Source of the DNA: Setoptus koraiensis
Lineage: Eukaryota > Animalia > Arthropoda
Reading direction: 5' to 3'
Assembly (NCBI GenBank): GCA_048013815.1
Contig: CM106586.1
Coordinates: 17,856,001 to 17,920,000, forward strand
DNA length: 64,000 nt
The position numbers and the translations under genes were made by a program. Each line of letters starts with the position of its first letter. Position 1 is the first letter of the stretch. The notes beneath the pieces were generated by a model, which worked only from the letters and a program-made list of their open reading frames with translations, did no database searches and was not told where the DNA came from. Of the stretch, positions 13,083 to 26,084 are shown in pieces.

Positions 13083-16000
13083 CACCGACGCCTTGTCGCG
13101 GTCGCGGATAATTCATGGCGGATAAGTTATCGCGGCCAAGTTATCGGCGCCGGCAGTGGCCGCATTCGCACGGCACCGTTTGCGGCGATATTTATTTGCA
13201 GCCTTATTTACATGCGCGCCGGCCCGGGGCAATATATTATCTAAGTGTGTGCTCGCACACGGCGAGTCTTATGTTATGCAATAATTTACGGCAGCCACCG
13301 AGCCAAACCGTGCGCTTGCGTGCCGAATCGGGCGCATATAAACATGACGCAAGCGTTAAGAGTTATATAACTCGCTCTCTTATTATGCAACTGTCCGTCA
13401 CAGCGAGCGCCTCAAAACAATGTTAACGTCAAAATAAACAATGATAATTTATTGCGCCGCTAATCCGGCCAGAACAATATTGAATTGAATATTGAACAAT
13501 ATCAAATGATAATATTATCACGCATTGCGCAATAATTTCACCGTCCCTTTATCATCATCTCTCTATCATCGTCGTTTTATCATCGTCGTTTATCATCGTC
13601 GGTTTATCGTCTCGCTGCCGTTGCGGGCTCGCGGTTGCGATAATCTCGTCGGCCGTTGCCTACATGCAAGCGGCGCCGACAACACAATGTTGATAATGCA
13701 GCCGCTCGCCGCACCGGGCCCCGGCCGGCGGCCGCATCCGCTCATCAGTCTGCTCGCCGTGTGCGCCGTGCCGCTGCCGCCCACGATTTGCACTCGTGTT
13801 GCCCGCTCAAGCGGACTTGCATTGTCGCCGGGTGAGCGGTGCTTCGGGTGAACGGGCCGCCAGGTGAGCTGCCCGTCGGGTGATCAGTTTGCAGGATAAT
13901 GGCAGCACATTACTAATGTGACATTAGCGCTGTCGCTCGTTGGCGGCCACTGTGGGAACGCAACCCGACCGACTCGGCCAGAGCGCCCCGTTCGGCCGTT
14001 TGATTAATGAGCGCGACGCGTCAGTGTCGCATTACCCGCTCGCCGGCCGGCGGTCAGCTCGTCTACTGCCGGCCGGCCGGCCAGTAGACGAGACCGTGCG
14101 GCCGCCGCTGTTGGCATTTTGTGCGATTTTGGCGATTGAAACGGCCACCGGCGGCCGCGTCTAGACGGCGGGACCTTCGCGCGGCGAACAAGATGCAACA
14201 AGTTGCAAATTAAAAGCCGACCGGCGGGCGAGACATAAGCAAGCGACAATTAAAAGTTTGCAATTGTTTCAATTGCATGACCGTCGTGTGGCCGCGCGCT
14301 TCACTTCCTTCCTCGTCGGCCGTCGGTCTAGACGCGGCCGCTCGGCTCAGACAGTCGGGCGAATGATGTTTGCAGAGCAGCGACTTTGGCTCACTTTGGC
14401 AACATCTCTCCAATCAGCGACTCACCTGTGCGCGGCCAACAATGCGCGACAGCGCCAACAACGGCCACCGGCCGTCTGCAAAGTCAGTCTGTTGCGCAAT
14501 GATAATTATTGCTCTGATGCCGAGTCCGGCCGTCTGACCGGCCGCACACAAGCAAGTGCAGTGCGCATGCAATATGCGACAATGCCCGAGACGTGCTGTT
14601 ACGCAACGGCACGCAAACAAACAGCGCTTTTTCGGCACGCCCTTTTCCCGTTGGGCCGCACGCGGCCGTGTGCGGGTCGGCCGCATTGCGCCGTGCGATA
14701 TCCGCACCGGACATTGGCTGGCCGTGACAACGGCCATCAGACGACGGGTTGCTCGATTGTTACGTGCGACGGTCAATTGATTGCGCGGCCTTGATCGGGG
14801 GGCACAGGTTGCGATTGCGTCACAAGTTGCGATTGTCGCATGAGCTGCCAAGGCGGCATGAGTTGCGATTGTCGGCCGGCGGCAACGGCCGACTGGCAAC
14901 CATCAATTGATTTGGATTGATTTTTGATTGTCAATCAGCGATTGGCCGCCAATTGCGGCGTGTCATCGCTGTCGGCAATCGTCGGCCACAGTCGGATGTG
15001 TCGGCCGGCCTGAGAATTGTGCCCGGGATTGCGCTCGGGATTGCGCTCGGTGGGTCGCTCAACGATGTTCATTAGTTGCGCCGGTTCGAGCTTGTCTCGG
15101 TCTGGGCGCCGCTTGCCATGGACGGGCCGCCGCTTTGTTGTGGCTGGACGGCGCTCGAAGGCGCTCGACAATGCGGCCAGTTTGACACAACAATTGACGG
15201 CACTCGACGAGAATTCGCAAGCTCCGACGAGAATTGATAGTTTGTTTGTTTGCCCATTTCGAAATTCGAATGAGTTGTTTGCTTGTGCGACGACAATCGC
15301 TCGACACGAACAAACGAACGTCGCCCAGCGCCGGCCAGTGATTAATGGTCGCCCAGTGGCCAGTGGCCGTCAAATTGGCCACTGGCTCGCCGCCAACCGT
15401 CAGACTCTTCCGACGGGGTGGTCGATTTTCGCAGTGATTCCCAATTCCGATTTGCCGAATCCAATTTTGCAGTTCGCGTTGCGCACTTGGAACGCCGAGT
15501 CTCGGACGCCGCGAATCGGCGGCGTTCGAACGCGCTCGTATCCGCGAACCGTCGAGCGGCCCAGCGATAACATGATAATTGACGAGCGCTCGGGCACAAG
15601 CGGCGCCCAGCGATTTGTCGTCGGCGCGGCCACAGACACAGACGGGACGGCTCGGCTCGGCTCTGGGCAGCTTGTTGGGGCGCACAGACGGAGCGACAAA
15701 TTGGCGCCAATCGCATCGACAAACAATGTAACAAGTGCAAACGGGTGCGCGCAATCGATTGGCGATTATGTTGCCACAACAATCGGCAGCGGGTGGCCAT
15801 TGTGTTTGTCAGTCGGCGGCTGTCATTGTGGCCGAGCGAGTAAGTGACGTAACTGGCAGCTCGTAAGTGGCCGCGACAGCGACCATCCGCATGCGAGCGG
15901 AAGGCCCTTGCAAGCGCGCAAAGAAGCGTTCGGACGGGCGACGAAGCGGCGTTCGGACGGGCGACGAAGAGGCGAAAACAAGCGAAAACGAGCGACAAAC

Positions 16001-17998
16001 GAGCGACAAACGAGCGACAAACGAGTGACAACGCGCCGAGCTCGACCGCTGGCCAATCTGCATGGCGCCGGCCACTGTCCGGCCGCTCGCAATAAATCAA
16101 ATCGGCGCACAATCGATCAATCACAATTATTAATCGGGCTGCAAATTGCTCTCGGACGCCACCGTCCCGCTCGCTGTTCTCTGGCCGCTCTCTGGCCGCT
16201 CTCTGGCGCGACTCTCGCTTCCCACTTTCGGTTGGCTCTCGCCAATCCTTTGCGCTTCTTTTTGACCTTTTCGCTGGCTCGCCTGCTCGCCAGTGGGCGG
16301 CCCGTCTCGGTGTGCGACACTCGCTGTCACTCAGACCGGAAGCGGCAACAAGTGACAATGCGACTTGCGTCGACTCGGCAGCGACACTTTAAAGCCACCG
16401 AACAGTGACTGATGATGGCGACATGGGCATGACAACATCAATACGATAAAATGATTAATGTGACAACGCTATTAATGAGCGTTTATGTCGTCATGACGTA
16501 ACCACATAACTGCTCGCTGCTAATCACAAGCGCTGTTGCGTCACTCAGTGGCGCCGCTCGACGATCTTATCTGACAATTGATTGTGTGACTCACAATTTG
16601 TGAGTGCGCCCGCTGACCACTGGCCGCCGATCTCTAGCCCGCGGACGATTGTGATGCAACAGTCGATGTAAGTGCTGTCACCGTTGTGTCGATGCAAGTG
16701 CCGTCACAGCAGTGTCACAGTGGCGCCGATGTGGTGTCGATGTAACCCGACATGCGCTGGACAATGCGACAGGTGGCCAGATAATGGCACGATAATAATT
16801 GTCATAACGGTCACCATGACAATCATTATCTTGTGATGCCGTCAATGCTAATGATGATCGAGTATCGCACATTAAGTGTGCACTGCATCAGGCGTGTCGA
16901 ACCACTTTTGTGCATGACCCGTGACGGGGCCCGGCCCGGCCGCCAGATTGCGCTTTTGCGGTTCATCGGCATCATCAGCGGCGTCAACTGGGCATCATAA
17001 CGGCGGATAATTTGCAGTTACAAATTTGCTCGCTTGGCTTGTTGTTTGCTTTCGCTACGGGCATTTGCGCTTGTGCGGTCCGCTCTTTCCTCCATCCATT
17101 CGCCTTGCGTCTGTTTGTCGCCCTCTATGACAACCTGTTGCGATCTTTCGCCGGTCTCTTTTGACCGCTGGCCGGCGTCTGGCCCGCCCAGCGGCCAACA
17201 AAAGGCGACGAGCGAGACCAATAAGTCACACAAAGCCAACAAGTTGCAAGTGGACAGGTTAGCGCTAATTACTAATTAGAGCCCTGCGCTCGCCGCCTCA
17301 TCATGATCCGCGGCCGGCAGCCGCAATTTACCTGCATTCGCTGGGCGTTCGCTGGCCGTTCGGCTGGCCGTTTGGGCTTGCCGAGACGGCCGGTGGAAGC
17401 GGCCGAAACGAGCCAGTGGAAGCCAGTGGAAGCCAGTTGCTTCCATTGGCTTCCTCGGCTTTGTTTGGGAAGTGCCGATTCGGCACGCATCGTTCGTGTC
17501 GTCATTGTTGTCGCTGTCGGTGTGGTTGGCGCAGTTGTTGTCGTTGCTGTTGTCGCCGTTGTGGGCCGTTATGTGTTGCGTCATGTTGCTCTGTCAATGT
17601 TTTGTGAGCGGCGGAATATCCGAGCGGCGGCGGCGGCCGAGCGAATATCGCAGCAACAGTCGCCAGTCGAGACAACGACAGCAGCAAATTAATCATCGTG
17701 CTGCCATCAAAAGTCGACCGGTCAGTCTCCGGCGACAGTGTTACGTAATTTGCTTCAGCGTCGTCGTGGCGACAAGAGCGAGCGTAATGAGTTAATAAAG
17801 TCGACAATAAAAGTGATGCCGTTAATGCACTTTGCACCAACTGGCCGTTATTTGCGGGCTGACCGCTGACGGTCGCGGGTCGTGCACGCCGATTGGTCAT
17901 GGCGCGGGCCGGCCCGCCTGTCACTGGTTGGCGCCGTTCGTTGGCTGTTGCCAGGAGTGTTGGTTCTGCCGCCACTGCGGCCAACAACCACCGCTGTC

Positions 17999-18006
17999 AC
18001 AACAAC

Positions 18007-18040
<34 letters not shown>

Positions 18041-18105
18041 ACAACAACGACAACAACGACAACAACAACAACTACGACAGCAACGACAACAGCAACAACA
18101 ACAAC
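17999..18105. repeat. (ACA)n/(ACG) imperfect trinucleotide repeat
   Basis: Direct reading; gives poly-T/N/Q junk ORFs in all frames. Confidence 0.95.
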
Positions 18106-18175
18106 GAGCGCTGTCGTAACAGCACAACGCCGCAGCATTATATGCCGGCAGCGGCGATATTACACAATATTGGCC

Positions 18176-18265
18176 ATTATGTAACATTATGTAACATTAT
18201 GTAACATTATGTAACATTGTGTAACACTGTGTAACATTACGTAACGTTACGTAACACTGTGCAAC
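18176..18265. promoter_or_regulatory. 10-bp-period array (ATTATGTAAC)n drifting to (RTTACGTAAC): PAR-bZIP-type sites
   Basis: ATTATGTAAC x4, ATTGTGTAAC, ACTGTGTAAC, ATTACGTAAC, GTTACGTAAC, ACTGTGCAAC. TTAYGTAA is the PAR/NFIL3 (Pdp1/vrille/giant) consensus. Function is inferred. Confidence 0.55.
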
Positions 18266-20860
18266 AGTACGTTGTATTGGCCCCTGTACAATGTTGCGTA
18301 ATATTGTGTGATATTGCGCTGTGGCAACAGCGGCCGGCCAATGTTGTCATAACGGCGTTACGTAACGGGCAATGTTGTGAGCTGTCACAGCGCAACAACT
18401 CATACTACCGTTACAACAAACACACACAACGGCAGCCGTTATGACGCTGAGACGCCGAGACGCCATGACGCGGATGACGCGGATGACACACCGGACAAAG
18501 GTGGCCGGCTGATCGTGCCGAGCGACGGAACGGACGCCGGCACGACACTTGTCTCACTGGCCGCCGCAAGTGACCGTTGCGAGTGACCGTTGCGGGCGAC
18601 CGTTGCGGGCGACCGTTGCGAGTGACAGCGGCCGCCACTTGTTGCCGGCGCCGCCGCCCGATTGATTCGATCTGATTAGATTGAATTAGTTTTCGCAGGC
18701 TCGTCGGCGTCGCCGCTGTTGCCCGATTGCAGCAAATTTAATCACGCCGCGGCAGCGAGACACAATCGAGGAAGCGCCGGCAAGTCGCCAATAGCAGCCA
18801 ATTGTCCGTCGCTCGGACGCACAATTTTCGCTGCGGCCGGCCGCTGGCCAACGAGCGACGGCCGGCAGCCAGCGAGCGACGGCCGGCAACCAACCAGCGA
18901 CGGCCAGCGAGCCCGCCGACGGACAAAGAACGCGGAACGGCGCTCACTCGCCTAATCTCGCTGTGGCCGGCATCTCGGCGAGCTCGGGCTGGCCCGACTG
19001 CGACTGTGTTTGCGTTATCTGGTCGCTCGTTGACGGTAGCGCCGAAGCGGCCGCAATGAGCGCCGAATTAGGGGAAAGTGGACGCTTCTCCGGAACGGTC
19101 GCCACACACGCTAAGCTGTCTTCTGGCCGCGAGAATCTCGGCGCGATTCGGCCGACCAGTCGCCGTTGTGTGCGGAAAGAGTTGATCCACTTGCCGTCCG
19201 GGCTGGCGTGCGAGCCGCTCCGGCTTCTTCGGCCGCTCCGGCTTCTCCGGCCGCTTCGAATGTCCGATTGCGAGCGGCGAGTCCCGCGTCTCGAACCGAG
19301 ACTCGCGAACCGAGACTCGCGAACCGAGACTCGAGCGAGCGGCCGAGCTCGGCGCGTATCGAGGTGTCGGCGCCGCTAATAAGCGGGCCAACCGCCTATC
19401 CATTCTGTCAAGTCCATTCTGTCCGATTCCGCCCGTGTGTGTCGCCCAGAAATTACCGCAATCTGCTCGCTTACGCAACGGGCCGGTTTGCACACAACAG
19501 GCCGCTTGTTCCGGCAGCAGCGGCCGCCGCTCTGGCGGCTCTCGTATATCGCGCCGCACAAATTGAGTTGTTGCGCCGCAAATTTAGCCGGCTTTTGTTT
19601 ATTCATCGTTTCATTATTTATTGTGTGTACATTATTCATTGCGCAATGTATTCACGAACTTGGCACGACAGCAGCGCCACCGATCCGAGCTGACGGGCCG
19701 AATCGCGAGTCTCTCGCCCGTCACTAACAGCTTGGCGGGCTACCGCTCGCCGGCGATCGAGCGGCCATTCGGGAGGACGGGCGGGCCGCGCGGTCTCATC
19801 TGATCATGATTAGTGCGCCACCGTCTGTTAACATTCTGGGCGTCTTTGGCCCAACTCGGACCGGCTCGGACCGGCTGCAGCGCTCATGCGGAGCCGCCCG
19901 GCGCGCTGATCGATTAGACCGCTGGCGCCTCACCCTTCGGTAGCCGGTCGGCGATTCGGCCGCCGTCAAGTCGGCGCAAGTCGGCGCAAAACGGGCTTCT
20001 AAACGGGTGCCGCGCAAGCGGAGATGACAGATTAAATTGATTCGTGCCGGTGCGTTTGTTTGCCTGTTGTCGGCCCGAGATTGCGCCGGATCCGTGCGCA
20101 AGTCGTCCGAATCGCATGCCAGTTCGTTGACGGACAGTCGAACGGCGCCCGTCACAGCGCCGTCGTTTGGCGTGTTCGAAGCAGGTGACGCAACACAAAT
20201 AAATACAAACATTGCAACATTTGCAACAGTTTGCTTCGCGCCGCACAACAAACAGCAAACAACAATTGCTCCCATTGTAGCCATAAATAAACAATAAATA
20301 TAGATGCTGCTCGTCGATATAAAAATCAATCATCGGCGAGCAGCTTGAGCGCGATCGGCGGGGGTCTGGCGCGCCGAGCGGCAGCGGCCAGCGCCGCATT
20401 CGCTAGCGGTCGCCGCTATCGGTCAGCGGCTCGCCGTTGCCGGCAACGAGCGCCTGTGCCGGCAACGGGCATGCGAGTAACACAAGTTTGCCCGAGCGGC
20501 CCGAATCGAGCGGCCGCAACTATGAATTAATTAGCGATTTACGGCGACCGCAAGCTATTCATTTGCACCAATCGCCGGCCGGCTGGCCGGCGGTTCGCCG
20601 ACGGCGTGCCCATTGCGGGACACTGGACTCCGACGACCGAACTCGGACAATCGCGGTCCGACGATCGCGGTCCGACGACCGCAGCCGACGATCGCAGCCC
20701 AATGATCGCCGCCGATGATTGGAGGGCCAACGGCGAGACGCAAATGTCGGCCGAGCGCCAGAGCCGCCATCAGGGATCAAATAACGGGGACAACTGGCTG
20801 AACAAATTCACTCTAAATAGGGCATCATGAGCCCGTTCCGATTGCCGCTCGGGTATCGCC

Positions 20861-20942
20861 GGCCGGCCCGAGTATGATCGGCTGGCCCGAGTATGATCGG
20901 CCGGCCCGAGTATGATCGGCAGGCCCGAGTATGATCGGCCGG
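20861..20942. repeat. 19-bp tandem repeat (GGCCGGCCCGAGTATGATC) x4
   Basis: Direct reading. Confidence 0.9.
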
Positions 20943-22955
20943 CGACGACGCGAGCGAGCCAAGCGACCAATCGGGCAGCCAGCGGCCACCGACGGAGCAA
21001 ATGAGCAAACGGAGCAAAATTATGCAAATGATGCGGCCACATTTTTCGCATCGCATTGAGCCGCGCCGCTCAACAATCGGCGGCAATGTCAGCACCGTTG
21101 GCAAGCCTTCAATCGGGCCGCGCTCTTTCTCGCTCGCCGAGCGCTCCGCTGCCCGATTGCGGCCGCAAATGCGCCTTCCGCCGGCCACCACCGCGCTACA
21201 ATAAATAACAATAAATAACGTTTCTAAACGTCGCAACAATTATCTCAGCGAAACGGGCCATTATTCATCATGATGGCGGCCATTATTATGCATACATTAC
21301 TGGACAACTGTGTTTGTCTCTATTTGGCGCATCTCGGCAATTTGTCCGTCGCTGGTTTGCACCACTGTGTCACTCACACAGTCTGTGAGGCCATTAGGCT
21401 GAGGCCGCCGAACAGATGATAACGGCCGGTCGTCCTTTATTCGGCCGGTCGTGCGGTCATCGCGTTTATGCAACAAACTTGGCCCGTCTAACGGGATATT
21501 TAACTCTTGCCGGCCGTAACTTGTCGATGTGGCCCACAGGGCCGATATGGCCAATAGCATCATTGCAATTATTGGCCGATATGCGTGTCAGGCGACCATT
21601 GCGGCCATTGTGTATGCCCGCAGCTTGTGCCCGAGTTGGCCGGCCAACCATCCGGCCATCCAAGCATCCGGGCATCCGGGCAGCCGGACAAGAGGACAAG
21701 CGGAAGTGAGTTTGGTGTGACGTCTTGCGGCGGCCTGCGTCGGTCGGTCGGTCGGTCGGCGGCCGCGGTCGGGTCGGGTGTCATTGAAATATTGTCGTTT
21801 GTAGGCCGTCAGTTTGTGCCGGCTGATGGGTTATGCTGGTAGCCAGCATCATCATCATCATCATGACAACAACAGGTGAGTGATGACACAAGCGGGCAAG
21901 CGGCCGATATTGATTGCGAGCGCATGCATTATTATGGCAATGAAACGCGCCTGAGTCGCTCGCATTGTTGCCGTGGCCGTTGTTGTTGTCGTTGCTGTCG
22001 TTGTTGTCGTTGCTGTCGTTGCTGTCGCTGTTGCTGTTGTTGTTGTTACTGTTGCCACTGTTGCCATGACAACAATGTACCCACAAACAGTGGCGCAATA
22101 GTGGCAACAACGCCGACAACAGCAACAACGACGCCAACAACAGCGCCAGCGCCACACTGACAGCCAGCCAACAGCTGACTGCCACCGCTCAACTGACTGC
22201 AAGTGACAGCACAGGTGACTGCTGCAGCCCACTACTGGTCACAACGGTGAGCCCAGGTGAGCGGCTGACAATGCGAGCGGCAGCATTGTCAGCGAGCCTG
22301 ACTGGCAACAACAATGGCCGGCCGCACCGCAACCGTCACAAAGGTGAAACCGCACCAGCATCGGCTTGGGCGCCACAGCGCCGGCTGCCAGTCGGCACAA
22401 CAAAACATTTGGCGCTCTAGCGGTCGCCTTGAGAGCCAGCGCAGTGCCGGCAACACCGCTCCGAGTCACCCTTGCGAGCGCCGAGCGCCGAGCCGCCGAG
22501 CCGCCGAGCCGCCGAGCCGCCGAGCCGCCGAGATTCCGCGATACCGAGAGATAAAGCGAGCGGGCGAGCGGAGATTTCGTTGAGAAAAGATATCATCATT
22601 TTCATGCTGACACAGCCGACCGCAAGCTCCGCTCTGGCTAATGACGGCCGGCCTGCATGCCGACGGACAGGACAGCCGCGAAGGAGCCGGCCAGCGCCGC
22701 CAAGACTGGCAACATTTGACGAAAACATAACATTGTTACAATAATATGTCTCTCTCTCTCCCTGTCTCCCCGCGTCTCCCTACTGGCGCGTCTGCATCCC
22801 ATTCATCACACACACACAAACAGTTCAGCCAAACCACCAAGTGAGCGGCGCCAAATCAACAGGTGAGTTAATCTTTTTCGTTTGCCGAGCTTATCGCGGT
22901 CCCTATTATCTTATCCGTCGGCCGTCGGTGGGACGTCGGCCGTTTGCGCGCACAT

Positions 22956-23058
22956 TTTATGCGTATATCTGCTCATTTATGCGTATATCTGCTCATTTAT
23001 GCGTATATCTGCTCGTTTATGCGTATATCTGCTCATTTATGCGTATATCTGCACATTT
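22956..23058. repeat. 20-bp tandem repeat (TTTATGCGTATATCTGCTCA) x5
   Basis: Direct reading; lies ~370 bp upstream of the giant Q-rich ORF. Confidence 0.95.
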
Positions 23059-23427
23059 ACGCCATTTGCGCGCATTCGGCCATCGGCGTATTCGCGTTCG
23101 GCCGATAGAACGCAAATTGTTGCGTCAGGCGTATAAACATAAGTGCATGACGTAATGGCCGCCGAGTGTCACTCGGCCTGTCATCGGACTCGCTCGCCGG
23201 CCGGACTCTCGCGCCGGCCGGACACTCTCTTTGTTTGTGCCCACTGTTTGCGTCCCGATAATAACAACGCTCTCTCCGATTGTCTCTTCGACGATTTGTC
23301 TCGACTCGGCGACTTGTCGCTGTCGCTAATTCGCGCCGCAGCACAGTGGCTCGCCCGAAATAACACACGCCGGCGCCCGACAAACAATCAACGACTATCG
23401 ACGGTTAGTCGCACTAAGTGACCGCAA

Positions 23428-26053
23428 ATGGCCGGCGCCAATGGCTCGCATGCAAATCATAGGCACTGCCCCCGTTATTGCGCCGCATACGCAACAAGTT
23501 GCGCCACTCAGCCCGGCGCAAACACGGAAACGACAGTGACACATCGACGGCAACTAGCGGGCCGCAGTTCGCCGGGCGCCCCACTCGCCGCAATGGCCGG
23601 CCAAGTGGCAGCCGACTGTTGGCAAGCGGCCCAGATTAACACGACAACAGCAGCAGCAACAGCAACAACAGCAACAACAGCAACAACAGCAACAACCACA
23701 GCAACAACAGCAACAACAATGCGCCGACGACAACAATTGACGCAACGGCAAATCAATCACGCCAATTGGCCGGTAGCGCTGCCACTGCTGCTGGTCAGCT
23801 TGCTGGCGCCATTAGCCTGTCGCAGCTCGCCGCAAACAACCGCAACAACGCCGACAACAACCGCAACAACAGCAACGTCAATACCCACTTTCAAACTGCT
23901 CATTATCCAAATGGGGCTGCCGGCGCTGCTGGTCGGCGCGGGCCTCAACGCCATACCAACCCTGTGCTATCCCGCCGCCACAACGCCCGGCCGGCCCGCC
24001 GCCGCCGCTGCCGCCTACGGCGAGCCCATTCAGTGGTCGTTCGGCGGCTGGGCCCCGCTCAACGGCCTACAAGCCGCCACTAACACACCCTACAAAGGGG
24101 GCGCTGCTGCAGCCGCCGCCGCCAGCGGCAATCACTCAAGCCAGATAGCGGCCAGCAAAGCCAACAAATACTCGTCGCTGTCGGCCAGCTCGCCCATGCC
24201 GCTACTGTCAGCAACACAGCAGCAGCAGCAGCACCGCCAAGTGGGCGACACCGGAAGCTTGTCGTCGGCGGCGCCAAGCCAGCCGCAAACAACGCGCCAG
24301 GCTAAGGGCATGAAACAGCAGCAGCAGCATCTTGCGGACAACATCGCAAACATCATCGAGCCGGGCACAGCCACAACGCCCGCGCCAACCAACAACACCA
24401 CCAGCAACGCCGACCCGTCCGGCCCGAGACTGGGCGACAAGGGCGTGCCGTCGGACGACGCAAACCGCTTGGCCGAGTCGGCCAGCAACGACCACAAGGG
24501 CCAATATGTGAAGCCCAGCGCGGTGGCCGGCAAGCCGCGCCACGAACAACAGGTGCCCGTGCCGAGCGCAAGTAGTAGCCACATGCAGATAGATCACCAG
24601 TTTCATCATCATCACCATTTGGTGCCGTCGAATGCGCTGGCCCGCACAATGCTGCACAACGGGCCGGCGGCGCAGCGACAGCATCAAGCGCGCCGGGACC
24701 CGCAGCATTTGCAGGACATGCACGCGTCCGCGTCGCAGCGACCGTACCCAACGCGCGACATCTTTCAGCAGTCGGCCCAGCAACTGATGGAGAGCCAGTA
24801 TTCGCCGCTGGCGCCGCCCCCCATCATCCGGCAGCAACTGCTGGGACCCGGACCCGGGCCCGCGCACATGCGCCCGCCCCCGGCGTATCAGCAGGGGCAC
24901 TTTGGTGGTGGGCACCCGCAGCAGAGGCCCCACAGCAGACAGCAGTACCCGCGCATGATGGCGGCCAGTTTCGCGCATCACCAGCAGCAGCAGCAGCACC
25001 AGCCGCGATACCCCAATAGCAACCACATAAACAACCACCACGGTGGCGGCCCGTACCCGCACCGCTCCATTCCCGCGTACCCGGGCTCGCCGATGATGCT
25101 GGCGGGCCGGCCAGGCGGGCAAATGGACGACAAAGACAAGTATGAGTTGCACACCAATCAGCTGCCCATGATTACGCAAGAGGAGCTGTCGAGCGCCATG
25201 GACGAGGCGAGCCAGCAGCATCAATCTGACATGCAGCAATATATGCAAAGTATCAATCAGAACCTAGAGCAGAATGTGGGCAACGGGGGCGGCGGCGGCG
25301 GCGGAATTCCCATCATCGAAATGAAGGGTTCGGACAAGCCGTACGCAGCGCCGTCAGCGGCAGCGGACAACAATGGCGCGCAACAAGAGCAGCCACAACA
25401 AACAAAAATGGTTAATTACAATCAGCTGAATCAGCACAATCACGCCGGCACCGGCACTGGCCAGGTAGACTCCATTCAACAGGTAATCCAGCAGTCGGGC
25501 AGCAACGGCAAGCCGCCGCAACAACAATCGGAGGAGCATAGCGGCGGCGGCAAGGCCAATTATCTGACCATACCCGTCGCCGTGGAGACGGACGGCGATA
25601 AGGTTCTGACGCAAGAGGACATAAACGAAATTGAGAAGCATGTCATTAATGTGTTGCCAAATCTCAAGACGGCCGACAAGACGCTGGTGAAATTAGCGGA
25701 GCCGCAATTAAGCAAAGTCATCGAGCAGCATCATCAGCAGCAACTGGAACAGCACAAGACGACGCTGAAACAATTGGAGGCTGATAATCCGTCATTAGAG
25801 CCCGCTCATGTGACCGCTCATGTAACTCAGGCGACTAGCGCGCCGGCGACAGCTGATCACGCCGGCTCACCCGGTCACAGCGGCAATTATCCGCATCAGC
25901 AGCAGCCGGATTATCCCACTACCGCATCGCTCGCCATGACTTCGCATATGGCGGACGGGCCGGGCCGCGAGCAGCAGCCCGTAGTGATCATAGAGGAGCA
26001 CTTGCTGGGCGCGCACCACCACCAGCAACAACAACAGCAACAGCAGCAGCAGC

Positions 26054-26084
<31 letters not shown>

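Noticed and set aside
600-23400. Many 60-340 aa ORFs on both strands (e.g. 15017..15847, 15342..16358)
   Set aside because: Overlapping in several frames, R/A/C/S-biased and traceable to GC-rich tandem repeats; no domain motifs.
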